Virus record (IMG/VR): IMGVR_UViG_3300024309_000100
Coordinates: 1-32,687 of that record
Reading direction: 5' to 3' (one strand)
From: a virus
Taxonomy: Duplodnaviria > Caudoviricetes
Length of the DNA stretch: 32,687 nt
Below are positions 16,580 to 25,033 of the stretch, one piece after another. A program made the translations under genes and the position numbers. The first letter of the stretch is position 1, and each line of letters starts with the position of its first letter. The notes under the pieces are model-generated. The model saw nothing but the letters and a program-made list of their open reading frames with translations, had not been told where the DNA came from and ran no database searches.

Positions 16580-16717
16580 GCCCGCGCCTGGTAGAGCCGG
16601 CTTCAGGTAGTCCAGGACGCCTTCATCGGTGCACATGCCGCCCAGGGGCCGGCGCATGATGCTGAAGGTGGTTGTGATGGTTCGAGTCCATCCCCAGCAC
16701 GGGCGCCCCTCTTTTTT
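16580..16717 (+). ncRNA. Candidate tRNA-like non-coding RNA
   Basis: Perfect T-arm GATGG-TTCGAGT-CCATC (16676-16692), D-like arm, long central stem, paired ends, upstream TGG-CATACT, downstream T6. Confidence 0.65.
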
Positions 16718-17988
16718 CACTTGAATCGCTCCAGCCAGCGGTAGTTGGCGCTGGCGAGCGACACCTCAGACACCACCGATATCGTCCTGAGCCAGTTCGA
16801 GGCCAGGCGCTCCCTGCGCAGGGCACGGTGGCTCTTGTCGCGCACGTCCAGTTGGAAGACCAGCTTGATGACGCGCCCATCCCCCAAGCGCCGCGCGAAT
16901 ATCAGCACCGGTTGCTGGGTGGATTGGCCGCCTTCGCCCACATCCCACAGCACGGCCGTTTCCGGATCGGCCAGCCAGCGGGGCAGATTGTTCAGTTGGG
17001 CAGCGATGGTGCCGCGGGCCTCTTTGATGGACCGCAGCGCATGGTGCAGCTGATTGTCCACCGCGCCCAGCAGCGCCGTGGCCGGGGCGGGTGCGGCGAA
17101 TGCCCGGCCACCCGCGTCGATGCCTGCCTCCAGCGCCTGGACGGTGGCTGGCCGGAGAAAGCCCAGCGGGTGAGCCATGCCCTGCGGATATGCGCGCCCC
17201 TGCGCCTGCTCCTCGAGGACGCGGGCCACGGTCGCCGGCCAATCGGCAAACAGGTCCGTGGGCCGCTGCTGCGCATCGGCCAAGGCGATGCGCCGCCAGG
17301 ACGGCGGCAGCTGCATGACGCGCTCGCCCAACCGCACCGCCGCCGGCATCGACCCGGCCGCCATGCCGACGTTGTAGTCAAAGCCCGGATCGATGCCGGC
17401 AATGTCGTCGGGCGGTGTCGGGGCTTCATCGGGGCCATCCTTGCCCATCCGCCGCAGGTCACGCTCTGCCAGCGTGCGGGCGGTGCATTGGCAGCCGTAC
17501 CCGTTGGGACCGTAGTGCGTGTCCCACCACGGGTCATCCGCGCGCAGGATGACGCCATGCCACGCCAGGTGGTCTGGCCGCGGGTGTTTCACCGAATCGT
17601 TGTGGATGTATTGCAGATACGGCCGGCGATGCTTGATCGCCTGAATCTGCGCCCAGCGACCGGCCTGGTAGGAACTGCGCAGATTGGTCGTGTAGATGAT
17701 GCGGGTGCGCCAGTTGCGGCCGCCTTTGTAGTCCCAGCCGGTGCGAGCGACGATGGCGTCGAAGTCGCGGCGGAAATCCTCAATCGTCGCGCCGTCCAGG
17801 ACGGCCCTATCAACCGCCTTGCGCAGGTCATCCAGCAGGTCCACGCGCGCCGCGCCAGCCACCATGAAGCCGTGGGCGTGGTCCCCGCGCTGCAGGTCGC
17901 GCCAAGTTGCCGTGGGCACGTTGACCTTGCGTCGCCAGAACTCGGCCTGCTCGCGGAACGGCACATCGGTGGCGCCGATCTCAGCCAA
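16717..17988 (-). CDS. MuF head morphogenesis protein with ~215-aa C-terminal extension
   Basis: FMVAGA, RIIY.TN...Y.AGRW, RPDH.AWHG, PNGYGC.C and IDPGFDYNVG motifs; TTG start after GGAGG. Confidence 0.92.
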   Translation of the reverse strand: MAEIGATDVPFREQAEFWRRKVNVPTATWRDLQRGDHAHGFMVAGAARVDLLDDLRKAVDRAVLDGATIEDFRRDFDAIVARTGWDYKGGRNWRTRIIYTTNLRSSYQAGRWAQIQAIKHRRPYLQYIHNDSVKHPRPDHLAWHGVILRADDPWWDTHYGPNGYGCQCTARTLAERDLRRMGKDGPDEAPTPPDDIAGIDPGFDYNVGMAAGSMPAAVRLGERVMQLPPSWRRIALADAQQRPTDLFADWPATVARVLEEQAQGRAYPQGMAHPLGFLRPATVQALEAGIDAGGRAFAAPAPATALLGAVDNQLHHALRSIKEARGTIAAQLNNLPRWLADPETAVLWDVGEGGQSTQQPVLIFARRLGDGRVIKLVFQLDVRDKSHRALRRERLASNWLRTISVVSEVSLASANYRWLERFK

Positions 17989-19537
17989 TGCCGGCCTCCT
18001 GCATCAGGTCATAGCGCCCGGCCGCCTGAGCGGCGTTGAGGGCTTCCTGCATGCCGGCGGCGAACTCGTCCAGGCTCAAGCCATCCTGCAGCTGCATCAG
18101 CCCATCGCGCACGTCGTCCAGCGAGCCGGCCTGGTCGACCACGGCGCGGATCTGAGTCAGCCACCCCTCGGTCGCCGTACCCAACCGGCGGTCCAGCTGG
18201 TCCGCCAGTGTGGCCACCCGGTCCCGCTCGGTGCGCTCGGCATTGAGCGCCTGCTGATGGTTCAGTGCCGGCGACTGCACCGGGCTGAGCGCGCGCAGCA
18301 GCACCGCCCCCTTGTCGGGGTCGGGCAGGCCCAGCTTGTCGCGCACCACGCTCTGTTCCACCTCCAGGCCCAGCGGCACCAAGTCCTTCAACGCCTCGAC
18401 CAGTTCCTTGAGGTTTTCCGGCTTCGGAACGAAAAACGACAGCTTCGGGTAGCCCTTCGGACCCGGCCCGAAATTCAGGTCGATGAAGGGCTTTACAAGC
18501 TGCCTTTGCTGGGTGTTTGAAAGGCTGCCCGCGTCGCTGGTGAGGATGTCGCCGCGGATCAGGTTGTGCACCTTGGCCTGTGCCAGGCTGGCGCCGTCGT
18601 CGGCCGTCATCGTCTGCCCGATGAGGCCCTTGCTGACCTGCTTATCCCACCACTCGGCCAACCCGCGGAAAAAGTCACCGGCACCGGCAACCTGCACCGC
18701 CTGTTCGAACTCGATCTTCATCGAATCGGGCATGACCGCTGCCGCATCGCTGCCGAGGTTGGAAACCGCCGCGATCAGCTTGCCGATATCCTCCTCGTTG
18801 GCGCCGGGAGCGTATTTGCCCACGCGCATCGGCAGGCCGAATACATCGGCAAAGGCCATCCAGTCGCGCCACGCCCAGGCTTTGCACATATAGGCAACGG
18901 CGGCCAGTCGAGCCAGGCCACCCCGGATCGGTAGACCACTGCGCAGCTTCGGCGTGTGGACGATGAACTTGTATGGCGCCAAGGGCACGCCGTTGACCAG
19001 GTCGGCCTCGTCCAGCAGGCGCAGCTCGCGGCCGGTATCCCGGTCGAACATGAAATGCCGGGGGTCACGTTCGGCATAGTAGGCCGGCGTCCAGGTCTTG
19101 CCGCTGCGGTCCCACATGATCTCGCTGACCGCATAGCCCTTGCCCAGGGCATCGACCTGGTGCGAGATCATCTCGCCGAACTCGGGTGCTCTTACCACCT
19201 CGCGCAGGGCATCGGCCCGGCGCACGTCTTCCTTGTCGTCGCTGGCCGCCTCCACCCGCGCTTCCAGGCTTGCCAGCGCCAGTTTGCGCGTGCCCAGGAC
19301 CGAGGCGTAGTGCAGATCGCGCTCCTCCATTTCCTCGGCCAGCGTCAGGTAGTCGCGGGCATCACCATCGGCGGCGGCCTGCAGCAGGCTCGCCAGGCGC
19401 GTTGGCGTCAGGCCGCTGGCCACGGACGGATGCCAGGTCGAACGGATGCTCGCCAGCCGCGGGGCGGCCAGCTCCTCGGTCAGCTTGTCGTATTCGATGG
19501 GACGACCGAACTGGTCAACGATGCGAGAGGTGGCCAT
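17981..19537 (-). CDS. Portal protein, Mu gp29 (DUF935)
   Basis: IVDQFGRP, EEMEERD.H, FG.PMRVGKY and SK..IGQTMT motifs; start moved to ATG 19537. Confidence 0.94.
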   Translation of the reverse strand: MATSRIVDQFGRPIEYDKLTEELAAPRLASIRSTWHPSVASGLTPTRLASLLQAAADGDARDYLTLAEEMEERDLHYASVLGTRKLALASLEARVEAASDDKEDVRRADALREVVRAPEFGEMISHQVDALGKGYAVSEIMWDRSGKTWTPAYYAERDPRHFMFDRDTGRELRLLDEADLVNGVPLAPYKFIVHTPKLRSGLPIRGGLARLAAVAYMCKAWAWRDWMAFADVFGLPMRVGKYAPGANEEDIGKLIAAVSNLGSDAAAVMPDSMKIEFEQAVQVAGAGDFFRGLAEWWDKQVSKGLIGQTMTADDGASLAQAKVHNLIRGDILTSDAGSLSNTQQRQLVKPFIDLNFGPGPKGYPKLSFFVPKPENLKELVEALKDLVPLGLEVEQSVVRDKLGLPDPDKGAVLLRALSPVQSPALNHQQALNAERTERDRVATLADQLDRRLGTATEGWLTQIRAVVDQAGSLDDVRDGLMQLQDGLSLDEFAAGMQEALNAAQAAGRYDLMQEAGIG

Positions 19538-19539
19538 GT

Positions 19540-21234
19540 TCACAATCCCTTGGCGGTGCGCCAACCACCACCGCGCTTGATCGTGCGCGTGTGGGCGATG
19601 TTGGGGTTGACGCGGTGGTAGTCGATGACCTGCTCGCCGGACGGATTCAGCGCGGCGAATTGCATCAGGGCACCGGCGATGGCGCCGTCGCCGTGGCGGA
19701 CCAGGTCCGCATCCTTCAGGTCTTTGCGTTCCAGCTTCGGCACCATCGGGGTGCCGTCTACGTACTCCACGGCGCGGTGGTCGTCCTCCAGGGACGCGTC
19801 GCGCGGCAGGGTGATAAACCCGTCCTGGAACAAATCGATGTATTTCGGCATCCATTCGCCGTACCAGGTACGCGACAGGGTCACCTCATGGACCGGCCCG
19901 CCGCCATAGCGGCCAGTTTCATCGTCCAGTTCGGCGCGGCCGTAGCGGTCGCCGGTGTATTCCATCAGCGTCTGGCCGGGGCCGGTGGCGTCACCAGCGA
20001 ACGTCCAGCGCCCAGGCGCGCGCAGCTTCAGGAAGTCCAGCAGCGCCCACAGAATCTGTTCCTGCTGGCGAGTGGGCGCGTTGGCCAGTTCGACCACGAA
20101 CGGCGCCTCGCGGCGCAGGTCTTGCGTGATGCGAGCCGGGATGATGACCGAGAAGTGGCGGTGGCGGGCAAAGTCCATGCCCACTGCCCAGCGACCATCG
20201 AAGCCGTCCATTGTCTTGACCAGGACAGGCAGCAGATTGAGGGCGATCCACTTGGTGCACCACGCCTCGCGGTCGCGCTCGGTACGCCGCGGGAAATCGT
20301 CATCGAACACGATGCGCAGCACCGGCCGCACCTCGGGCATGGCTTGCTCCAGCCACACGCCGGGGATGGCCGACCCATCACCATCGCGGGGGATGCCGTC
20401 CAGCTCCTCGCGCATCGCAGCCTGGCGCGGGCCGTAGGCAGCCCGGATACCGGTGTACCACTCCTTCTTGCCCTCGGCAGTGGGCACCTTCCCGCGCATC
20501 GCACAGACGCGCTCGTACAGCCCGTTGGCTACGGCGTCATCGAATGTGATTCGGATGGCCTTTGAACGCTTGCCATAGCGACCAGCGCGCACGTCCTGCA
20601 CAAGCTGGTTGAACGGGTTTTTCTTGCCCCGGTGGGTGGACCACACCCGGATGCGGCCGCCCCAGATCAGCAGCGCGGTGGCCGATTCCAGCACCTTGGC
20701 CACGTCCTTGTGGAGTGCGGCCTCATCGATGCCGACCTCGCCCTGCAGGCCGTGGATGTTCTCCGGGCGCGAGGACAGCGCGGTAACGCGAAAGCCGCTG
20801 GCGAAGCGGACGCGGAACGCCTGGATATTGCGGCTGGTGCCATCGGGTTGCTGGTCGACGAAAATATGCTGCTCAATCCGGCTCGCCTGACCACGGGCCA
20901 CGATCTGCGCGAACTTGCCGACATAGCCGATGTATTCCAGCCCTTTCTCTCGGGTGTCGGCCATGTACCACACGTTGTCGCCGCCGGCTTCCTTGGCCGT
21001 CGCCGCGGTGATCGTATCGGTTAGCGCCTGGGCGAAAGTGATGCCGGTGCGGCGGCCCTTCTCGCAGACCGCGATGTCCAGGCCACGCTGCATGCGAATC
21101 CAGTCCGTCTGGTGCTTCATCAGCACGCCTTCGGCGCGCGGATCGAAGTTCGCGGGGACGGCGCGGACGTTCTCGGGCAGCTCGTCCCACTCGATGACGC
21201 GCTCGGTATCCGGCAGAGGGGCAAGCACGCTCAT
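19540..21234 (-). CDS. Terminase large subunit, Mu gp28-like
   Basis: EKGRRTGIT Walker A variant, IDEAA Walker B, GMDFAR, DATGPG and RHGDGAIA nuclease motifs. Confidence 0.93.
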   Translation of the reverse strand: MSVLAPLPDTERVIEWDELPENVRAVPANFDPRAEGVLMKHQTDWIRMQRGLDIAVCEKGRRTGITFAQALTDTITAATAKEAGGDNVWYMADTREKGLEYIGYVGKFAQIVARGQASRIEQHIFVDQQPDGTSRNIQAFRVRFASGFRVTALSSRPENIHGLQGEVGIDEAALHKDVAKVLESATALLIWGGRIRVWSTHRGKKNPFNQLVQDVRAGRYGKRSKAIRITFDDAVANGLYERVCAMRGKVPTAEGKKEWYTGIRAAYGPRQAAMREELDGIPRDGDGSAIPGVWLEQAMPEVRPVLRIVFDDDFPRRTERDREAWCTKWIALNLLPVLVKTMDGFDGRWAVGMDFARHRHFSVIIPARITQDLRREAPFVVELANAPTRQQEQILWALLDFLKLRAPGRWTFAGDATGPGQTLMEYTGDRYGRAELDDETGRYGGGPVHEVTLSRTWYGEWMPKYIDLFQDGFITLPRDASLEDDHRAVEYVDGTPMVPKLERKDLKDADLVRHGDGAIAGALMQFAALNPSGEQVIDYHRVNPNIAHTRTIKRGGGWRTAKGL

Positions 21235-21788
21235 TACATGCCCGCCAGCACTTGGTCGCGCCAGAAACTGGCGTCCTCGGCCGTCAGGCCCCGTGCCTGG
21301 GCGGCGGCATCCACACGGGCGGCCGCTTCGTTAAGCGCCTTCTCGCGTGCCTCAGCCTCGATCTGCTTGCGCACGGCCAGGCTGACCCGCTTGCCTTCCT
21401 GCGCGTTCTTGGCGATCTGGCTGGCCTTGCGCACATCATCCAGCTTCGCCTCGCCGGAAGTTCTCAGATTCAACACCGTGTCCGTGGCCAGCAACACCAT
21501 AGCGTTTGCCAGCATGCTGCTGGTGTCGTCGCCGGCATTCTTGCCATAGGTGTTGGCAATCACCTTGGCCTGTGCCTCCACTTCGCGCATCCGCTCGGAG
21601 AAGTCGCGGATGCTGGCGTCATAGCGCTGGAAGCTGCTGCGGCTGACCTCTTCCTCCGGGTATTCCGCCTTGATGATTGCCACCATTTCATCCAGCGTGT
21701 GGCAATTCTCGTTCAGCAGTTCGTCCAGCCGCGCCCGGTACGGTGCGCGATGAACCTTGCCCTTGCGGCGGCGCTTCTGCGGTTGCAT
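21234..21788 (-). CDS. Terminase small subunit-like, Mu gp27 (DUF3486)
   Basis: VSRSS..RY HTH-like motif and GLTAE...W C-terminus; directly precedes gp28. Confidence 0.85.
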   Translation of the reverse strand: MQPQKRRRKGKVHRAPYRARLDELLNENCHTLDEMVAIIKAEYPEEEVSRSSFQRYDASIRDFSERMREVEAQAKVIANTYGKNAGDDTSSMLANAMVLLATDTVLNLRTSGEAKLDDVRKASQIAKNAQEGKRVSLAVRKQIEAEAREKALNEAAARVDAAAQARGLTAEDASFWRDQVLAGM

Positions 21789-21792
21789 GGCC

Positions 21793-22104
21793 TTACCGGG
21801 TCACGTCCAGGACGCCGTCCACGGTCAGGCGACCGTGCACCACGTCCATGCCGCGGCTACGCAGCTGGGCGCCGTACAGTTCCCCGCTGAACTCGCTCAG
21901 CTGCTCCAGCTCCACCAGCTGGTGGGTCTGGAGGAAGCGCAGCGCTTCGATCACCTCATGGCGCTCCACATAAATCCGCAGGAACTGCAGGCCGGCATGC
22001 AGCCGCGAGGAATTGGCCTGCTTGCCGTTCTCTTCCGAGAGCAGGCGCAGCAGCACCAGGCGCAGCTCCTTCTTCTTGTGTTCCTCGTAGGCTTTCGTAC
22101 TCAT
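21793..22104 (-). CDS. Mu gp26-like winged-helix protein
   Basis: RLVLLRLL, ANSS and RGMDVVHGR.TVDGV motifs. Confidence 0.82.
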   Translation of the reverse strand: MSTKAYEEHKKKELRLVLLRLLSEENGKQANSSRLHAGLQFLRIYVERHEVIEALRFLQTHQLVELEQLSEFSGELYGAQLRSRGMDVVHGRLTVDGVLDVTR

Positions 22105-22361
22105 CAGTCTTTCCCCATCAGATACTTTTCGATTGACTTCACCGTCGTCATCTGGGCTTCGACCAGCGATTCCAGGCTCGACAGGCGTTCATAAATCTGG
22201 ATGGTTTCGGCATGGGTGAGCGCGTTCTGCTGCTGCGCTTCCAGCTTCGCCACGCGGTTGGCCAGGCTGTTGTGCATCACCCAAAGCACGAACTGCATGC
22301 ACACCGTTGCCAGGGACGCGACCACGGCCACCACCAGCAAGGTGAGCATCACCGACTCCAT
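22104..22361 (-). CDS. Mu gp25-like membrane/coiled-coil protein
   Basis: N-terminal hydrophobic helix then coiled coil ending IEKYLM; GGAG SD before ATG 22361. Confidence 0.7.
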   Translation of the reverse strand: MESVMLTLLVVAVVASLATVCMQFVLWVMHNSLANRVAKLEAQQQNALTHAETIQIYERLSSLESLVEAQMTTVKSIEKYLMGKD

Positions 22362-22612
22362 GAACTGCTCTCCACGTCCGACGCACAGCCAACGCAGCGC
22401 CGGGTGTGCGGCAACGCCAGCTGGCGTTGCCTGGGAATCTCTTCCCCACATTCGATGCAGTTCATCAGCCCCTCGCTGGCTTCCACGGTCCTGCGGCATT
22501 GCGCCTGGTAGTCCTCGCGCTGCTGCCGCTGTGCCTCCCATGCCGCCCAGCTACGACCTTCGCCCTCTGCGGCCCTATCCGCGTCGTCTTGCACTCGGGT
22601 GTCCCTTGCCAT
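22349..22612 (-). CDS. TraR/DksA-family C4 zinc-finger protein
   Basis: DDADRA (DxxDxA) and CIECGEEIP..R..ALP..RRCVGC motifs. Confidence 0.88.
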   Translation of the reverse strand: MARDTRVQDDADRAAEGEGRSWAAWEAQRQQREDYQAQCRRTVEASEGLMNCIECGEEIPRQRQLALPHTRRCVGCASDVESSSWSR

Positions 22613-22796
22613 TGATCAAGTCGCTCATATCCAGCCAGACGCCCTCGTAGGCGCGTGCCTGCCCTCGCAGCCCGGCCGCTTTCTCGCCGTGCTGCCGCTT
22701 GGCTTCGGCCGTGCAGCGCCGCGCCATCTCGTGGTACTCATCGCGCAGGCGGACCAGGTCCGACACCGTCGCGCCGATGGCCTTCTTTCCGCTCAT
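22575..22796 (-). CDS. Hypothetical protein
   Basis: ATGA overlap with the i-spanin stop; fills the gap in the operon. Confidence 0.6.
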   Translation of the reverse strand: MSGKKAIGATVSDLVRLRDEYHEMARRCTAEAKRQHGEKAAGLRGQARAYEGVWLDMSDLINGKGHPSARRRG

Positions 22797-23172
22797 CGCC
22801 GCAGGCCGGCAGCTGCATCTGCTCCAGCGCCTGGCAGTACCAGGCCCATGCCGTGCGCTGCCATTCCGTCGCCGCTTGCACCAGCCGCGCTTTGCCGGCC
22901 GCGCACTCGTGGTACTGCGCTGCCACCTGGTCGTGGTTGGCGATCAACACCGCCCACAGGTCCGACGTTGCCGCCGGCAGCGGCGGGCACTGCTGCATCA
23001 GGTTCGGTGCCGGTGCCGGGGGCGGCGCCGGCGGCGGCGGGGCCTTGGTTGGCACGGTTCCAGTGCTGCAGGACGTCAGCGCCAGCACGGTCAGTACGCA
23101 GGTCAGGGCGAGACGCCAGCAGTTTTTCCAGCGCGGCGTGCTGTGCAGCGGCGTGTTTGCGGTTCGTTTCAC
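22738..23172 (-). CDS. o-spanin (Rz1-like lipoprotein)
   Basis: Hydrophobic signal with LTSC lipobox, Pro-rich linker, LMQQCPPLP; alternative frame within the i-spanin; GTG start inferred. Confidence 0.75.
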   Translation of the reverse strand: MKRTANTPLHSTPRWKNCWRLALTCVLTVLALTSCSTGTVPTKAPPPPAPPPAPAPNLMQQCPPLPAATSDLWAVLIANHDQVAAQYHECAAGKARLVQAATEWQRTAWAWYCQALEQMQLPACGDERKEGHRRDGVGPGPPAR

Positions 23173-23458
23173 GGTCGTTTTCCAGTTCGGTGGCAATGGC
23201 CTCCTGCCGGTCAGCGGCAGCGGCGTAGTCCAGGGCGGCATTGGCCGCGATCTCGCGCAGCTGCTCGGCCTCGGCCTGCAACTGGTCGATGTAGGTCTGT
23301 TGCTGCTTGCGCTGGCCAATGGCTTGCGTGCCTTCGGCCCAACGGTTGCCCACGTACAGGCCGGCAACGGCGGTGACCACCAGCAGCAACAGCCCGGCCA
23401 GGCCAAGCACCGGCCAGCTCTGCAGCGCGGCAGCCCGCGTGGCGGTGCCACTCAGCAT
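22793..23458 (-). CDS. i-spanin (Rz-like)
   Basis: Single N-terminal TM helix, long coiled coil, WNRAN motif; follows the endolysin; GGAG SD. Confidence 0.8.
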   Translation of the reverse strand: MLSGTATRAAALQSWPVLGLAGLLLLVVTAVAGLYVGNRWAEGTQAIGQRKQQQTYIDQLQAEAEQLREIAANAALDYAAAADRQEAIATELENDRETNRKHAAAQHAALEKLLASRPDLRTDRAGADVLQHWNRANQGPAAAGAAPGTGTEPDAAVPAAAGGNVGPVGGVDRQPRPGGSAVPRVRGRQSAAGASGDGMAAHGMGLVLPGAGADAAAGLRR

Positions 23459-24183
23459 GTCGGCTCTCCTTGCCAGCCGGCGGCGATGTAGGCCGGTTCC
23501 AGCATCAGCAGGATGCGGCGCGGGTAGCCGGTGTTTTCCTTGTGCGCCCAGCCAGCTCGCGCACGGAACGGCTCCACCTGCTGCCAGTCGTCCGGGTTCT
23601 TGCCAGCGGCCAGCGCCAGCCGGCGTTCGCGCAGCATCCACCCCTCGCCGCCGTTGTAGCCGCGCAGTGCAAACACCCAGCGGCTGCAACCCTCCACCGC
23701 TTCGCCACCACCCAGCGGCTGCACGCGGTCGAACAGCCAGCGGTCGTAGAGCGCCGCCGCGAGGATGGCCTGCTGTGCGTTCCACGGGTCGAACTGCGCT
23801 AGCTCGCGCGGATAGACCGTGGCGATCCAGCGAGCGGTGGAAGGGATGAACTGCGCGATGCCAATGGCACCGGCACTGGAACGCGCATCGGCGCGGAAGG
23901 CCGATTCCTGATGCAGCTGCGCCGCCAGCCTTGCACTGCTGCCGTGGACGCCCCACGCGCGGGCCGATGCCTGCTCGACGCGGTGGCGGTACAGCGCCGA
24001 TGCCGGCGCGACGTGCACGGTCGCCTTGCCCGGCTCGGCAGCGGCCGCGTGGCCGACAACCACCATGCTCCACAGCACGGCGGCGAGCAGGATCAGCATC
24101 ACGATGGCGATCATGACTCCGCGCCAGTCGCCGCTGCCGCTGCCCTGCGCCCAGAATGCTTTCCAGCGATCCCAGCGGCTCAT
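23452..24183 (-). CDS. Lytic transglycosylase endolysin with N-terminal membrane anchor
   Basis: QES catalytic motif, GA.GIAQFIPST, YNGG.G and ENTGYP motifs. Confidence 0.92.
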   Translation of the reverse strand: MSRWDRWKAFWAQGSGSGDWRGVMIAIVMLILLAAVLWSMVVVGHAAAAEPGKATVHVAPASALYRHRVEQASARAWGVHGSSARLAAQLHQESAFRADARSSAGAIGIAQFIPSTARWIATVYPRELAQFDPWNAQQAILAAALYDRWLFDRVQPLGGGEAVEGCSRWVFALRGYNGGEGWMLRERRLALAAGKNPDDWQQVEPFRARAGWAHKENTGYPRRILLMLEPAYIAAGWQGEPTC

Positions 24184-24491
24184 CCGATTAGCCCTGCGGC
24201 GATCATCGCGGCCGCGATCAGCACCCCCCGCCGGCTCTGCGCCATCGATTGCTCGAGGCCAGAGAGGTAGCGCGGGTCACTGTTGGGGAACGCGGCGCGG
24301 TCCAGCGTGTAGCCGATGGCACCGGCCATCGTGACCTTGCTGGCCGCCCACAGATAGCTGGTGATCAGCAGGCTGTTGTAGTGGGCCACGATCAGCAGCA
24401 GCACCAGGCTGGCAGCGAAGAACAGCCAGATGTGGCCGATGCGGGCGGCAAGCATGGCAACTGCCGCTTTGAGCTTGATGAACCTATCCAC
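24180..24491 (-). CDS. Holin (2/3-TM family)
   Basis: Hydrophobic helices, GY.LDRAAFP and RRGVLIAA motifs; start GTG 24491 or ATG 24455. Confidence 0.82.
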   Translation of the reverse strand: MDRFIKLKAAVAMLAARIGHIWLFFAASLVLLLIVAHYNSLLITSYLWAASKVTMAGAIGYTLDRAAFPNSDPRYLSGLEQSMAQSRRGVLIAAAMIAAGLIG

Positions 24492-24531
24492 GCGACTGAA
24501 CCCTTTGACGCCCTGCCGGGCCGATACACAA

Positions 24532-24575
24532 AGGGTGCGCACATCGCGCGAGGGGGATGTTTCAGCTGCTTGTAA
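24532..24575 (-). promoter_or_regulatory. Putative Mor/C-activated late promoter (P_lys)
   Basis: TTAC-N8-GAAACAT, 19 nt, CACCCT; lies between the terminator and the holin. Confidence 0.6.
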
Positions 24576-24580
24576 TAAGC

Positions 24581-24602
24581 AAAAACCCCGCCGGGGCGGG
24601 GT
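24581..24602 (-). terminator. Rho-independent terminator ending the early/middle operon
   Basis: ACCCCGC-CCCG-GCGGGGT followed by a T tract, immediately after the Mor/C stop. Confidence 0.88.
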
Positions 24603-25033
24603 CAGGTTGCGGTGTCATCGTAGCCGAACAGGTCGGGGGACGCCCGTCGCGCAATCTCGCGCTGTTTCGCGATGATCTCGTACACGGTCTGGACGGACAG
24701 GTGATACCGCGCCGCCAGCTCCTGCGGTCCCATGTTGCGCTCGGACCAGTCACGATAGACGCGCACATCGCGCAGCGCCCGGCGCAAGACCGTGCCACGC
24801 GGGAAATACACGATCTGCCCGCCTATGGCATTGCACAGGTCCAGCACCACGCTGGGCGCCAGCAGCTCGGAGGCTTCTTCCGTGATGCCGTTCCGCCGCA
24901 GCGTGGCCATTGTCGACGTGATCAGCGTGTTGAGCATCCCTTCCCAGCGGTGTGCCTTGCTCAGGGTCAGGGAATCCAGCGCCCGCTGCATGTCCAGGTT
25001 GTCGTCGTCGCCAAACATATCGCTCGTGCTCAT
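24602..25033 (-). CDS. Mor/C-family transcription activator
   Basis: IGGQIVYFPRG, RD..VY and ELAARYHLSVQTVYEII HTH motifs. Confidence 0.92.
   Translation of the reverse strand: MSTSDMFGDDDNLDMQRALDSLTLSKAHRWEGMLNTLITSTMATLRRNGITEEASELLAPSVVLDLCNAIGGQIVYFPRGTVLRRALRDVRVYRDWSERNMGPQELAARYHLSVQTVYEIIAKQREIARRASPDLFGYDDTAT

Noticed and set aside
16580-16704. A true tRNA gene or an attP tRNA fragment
   Set aside because: No canonical anticodon arm, an imperfect acceptor stem and no terminal CCA; Mu-like phages integrate by transposition and no integrase is present
16623-16880. 85-aa minus ORF as a MuF immunity protein
   Set aside because: Mostly overlaps MuF out of frame, has no SD and an unprotein-like composition
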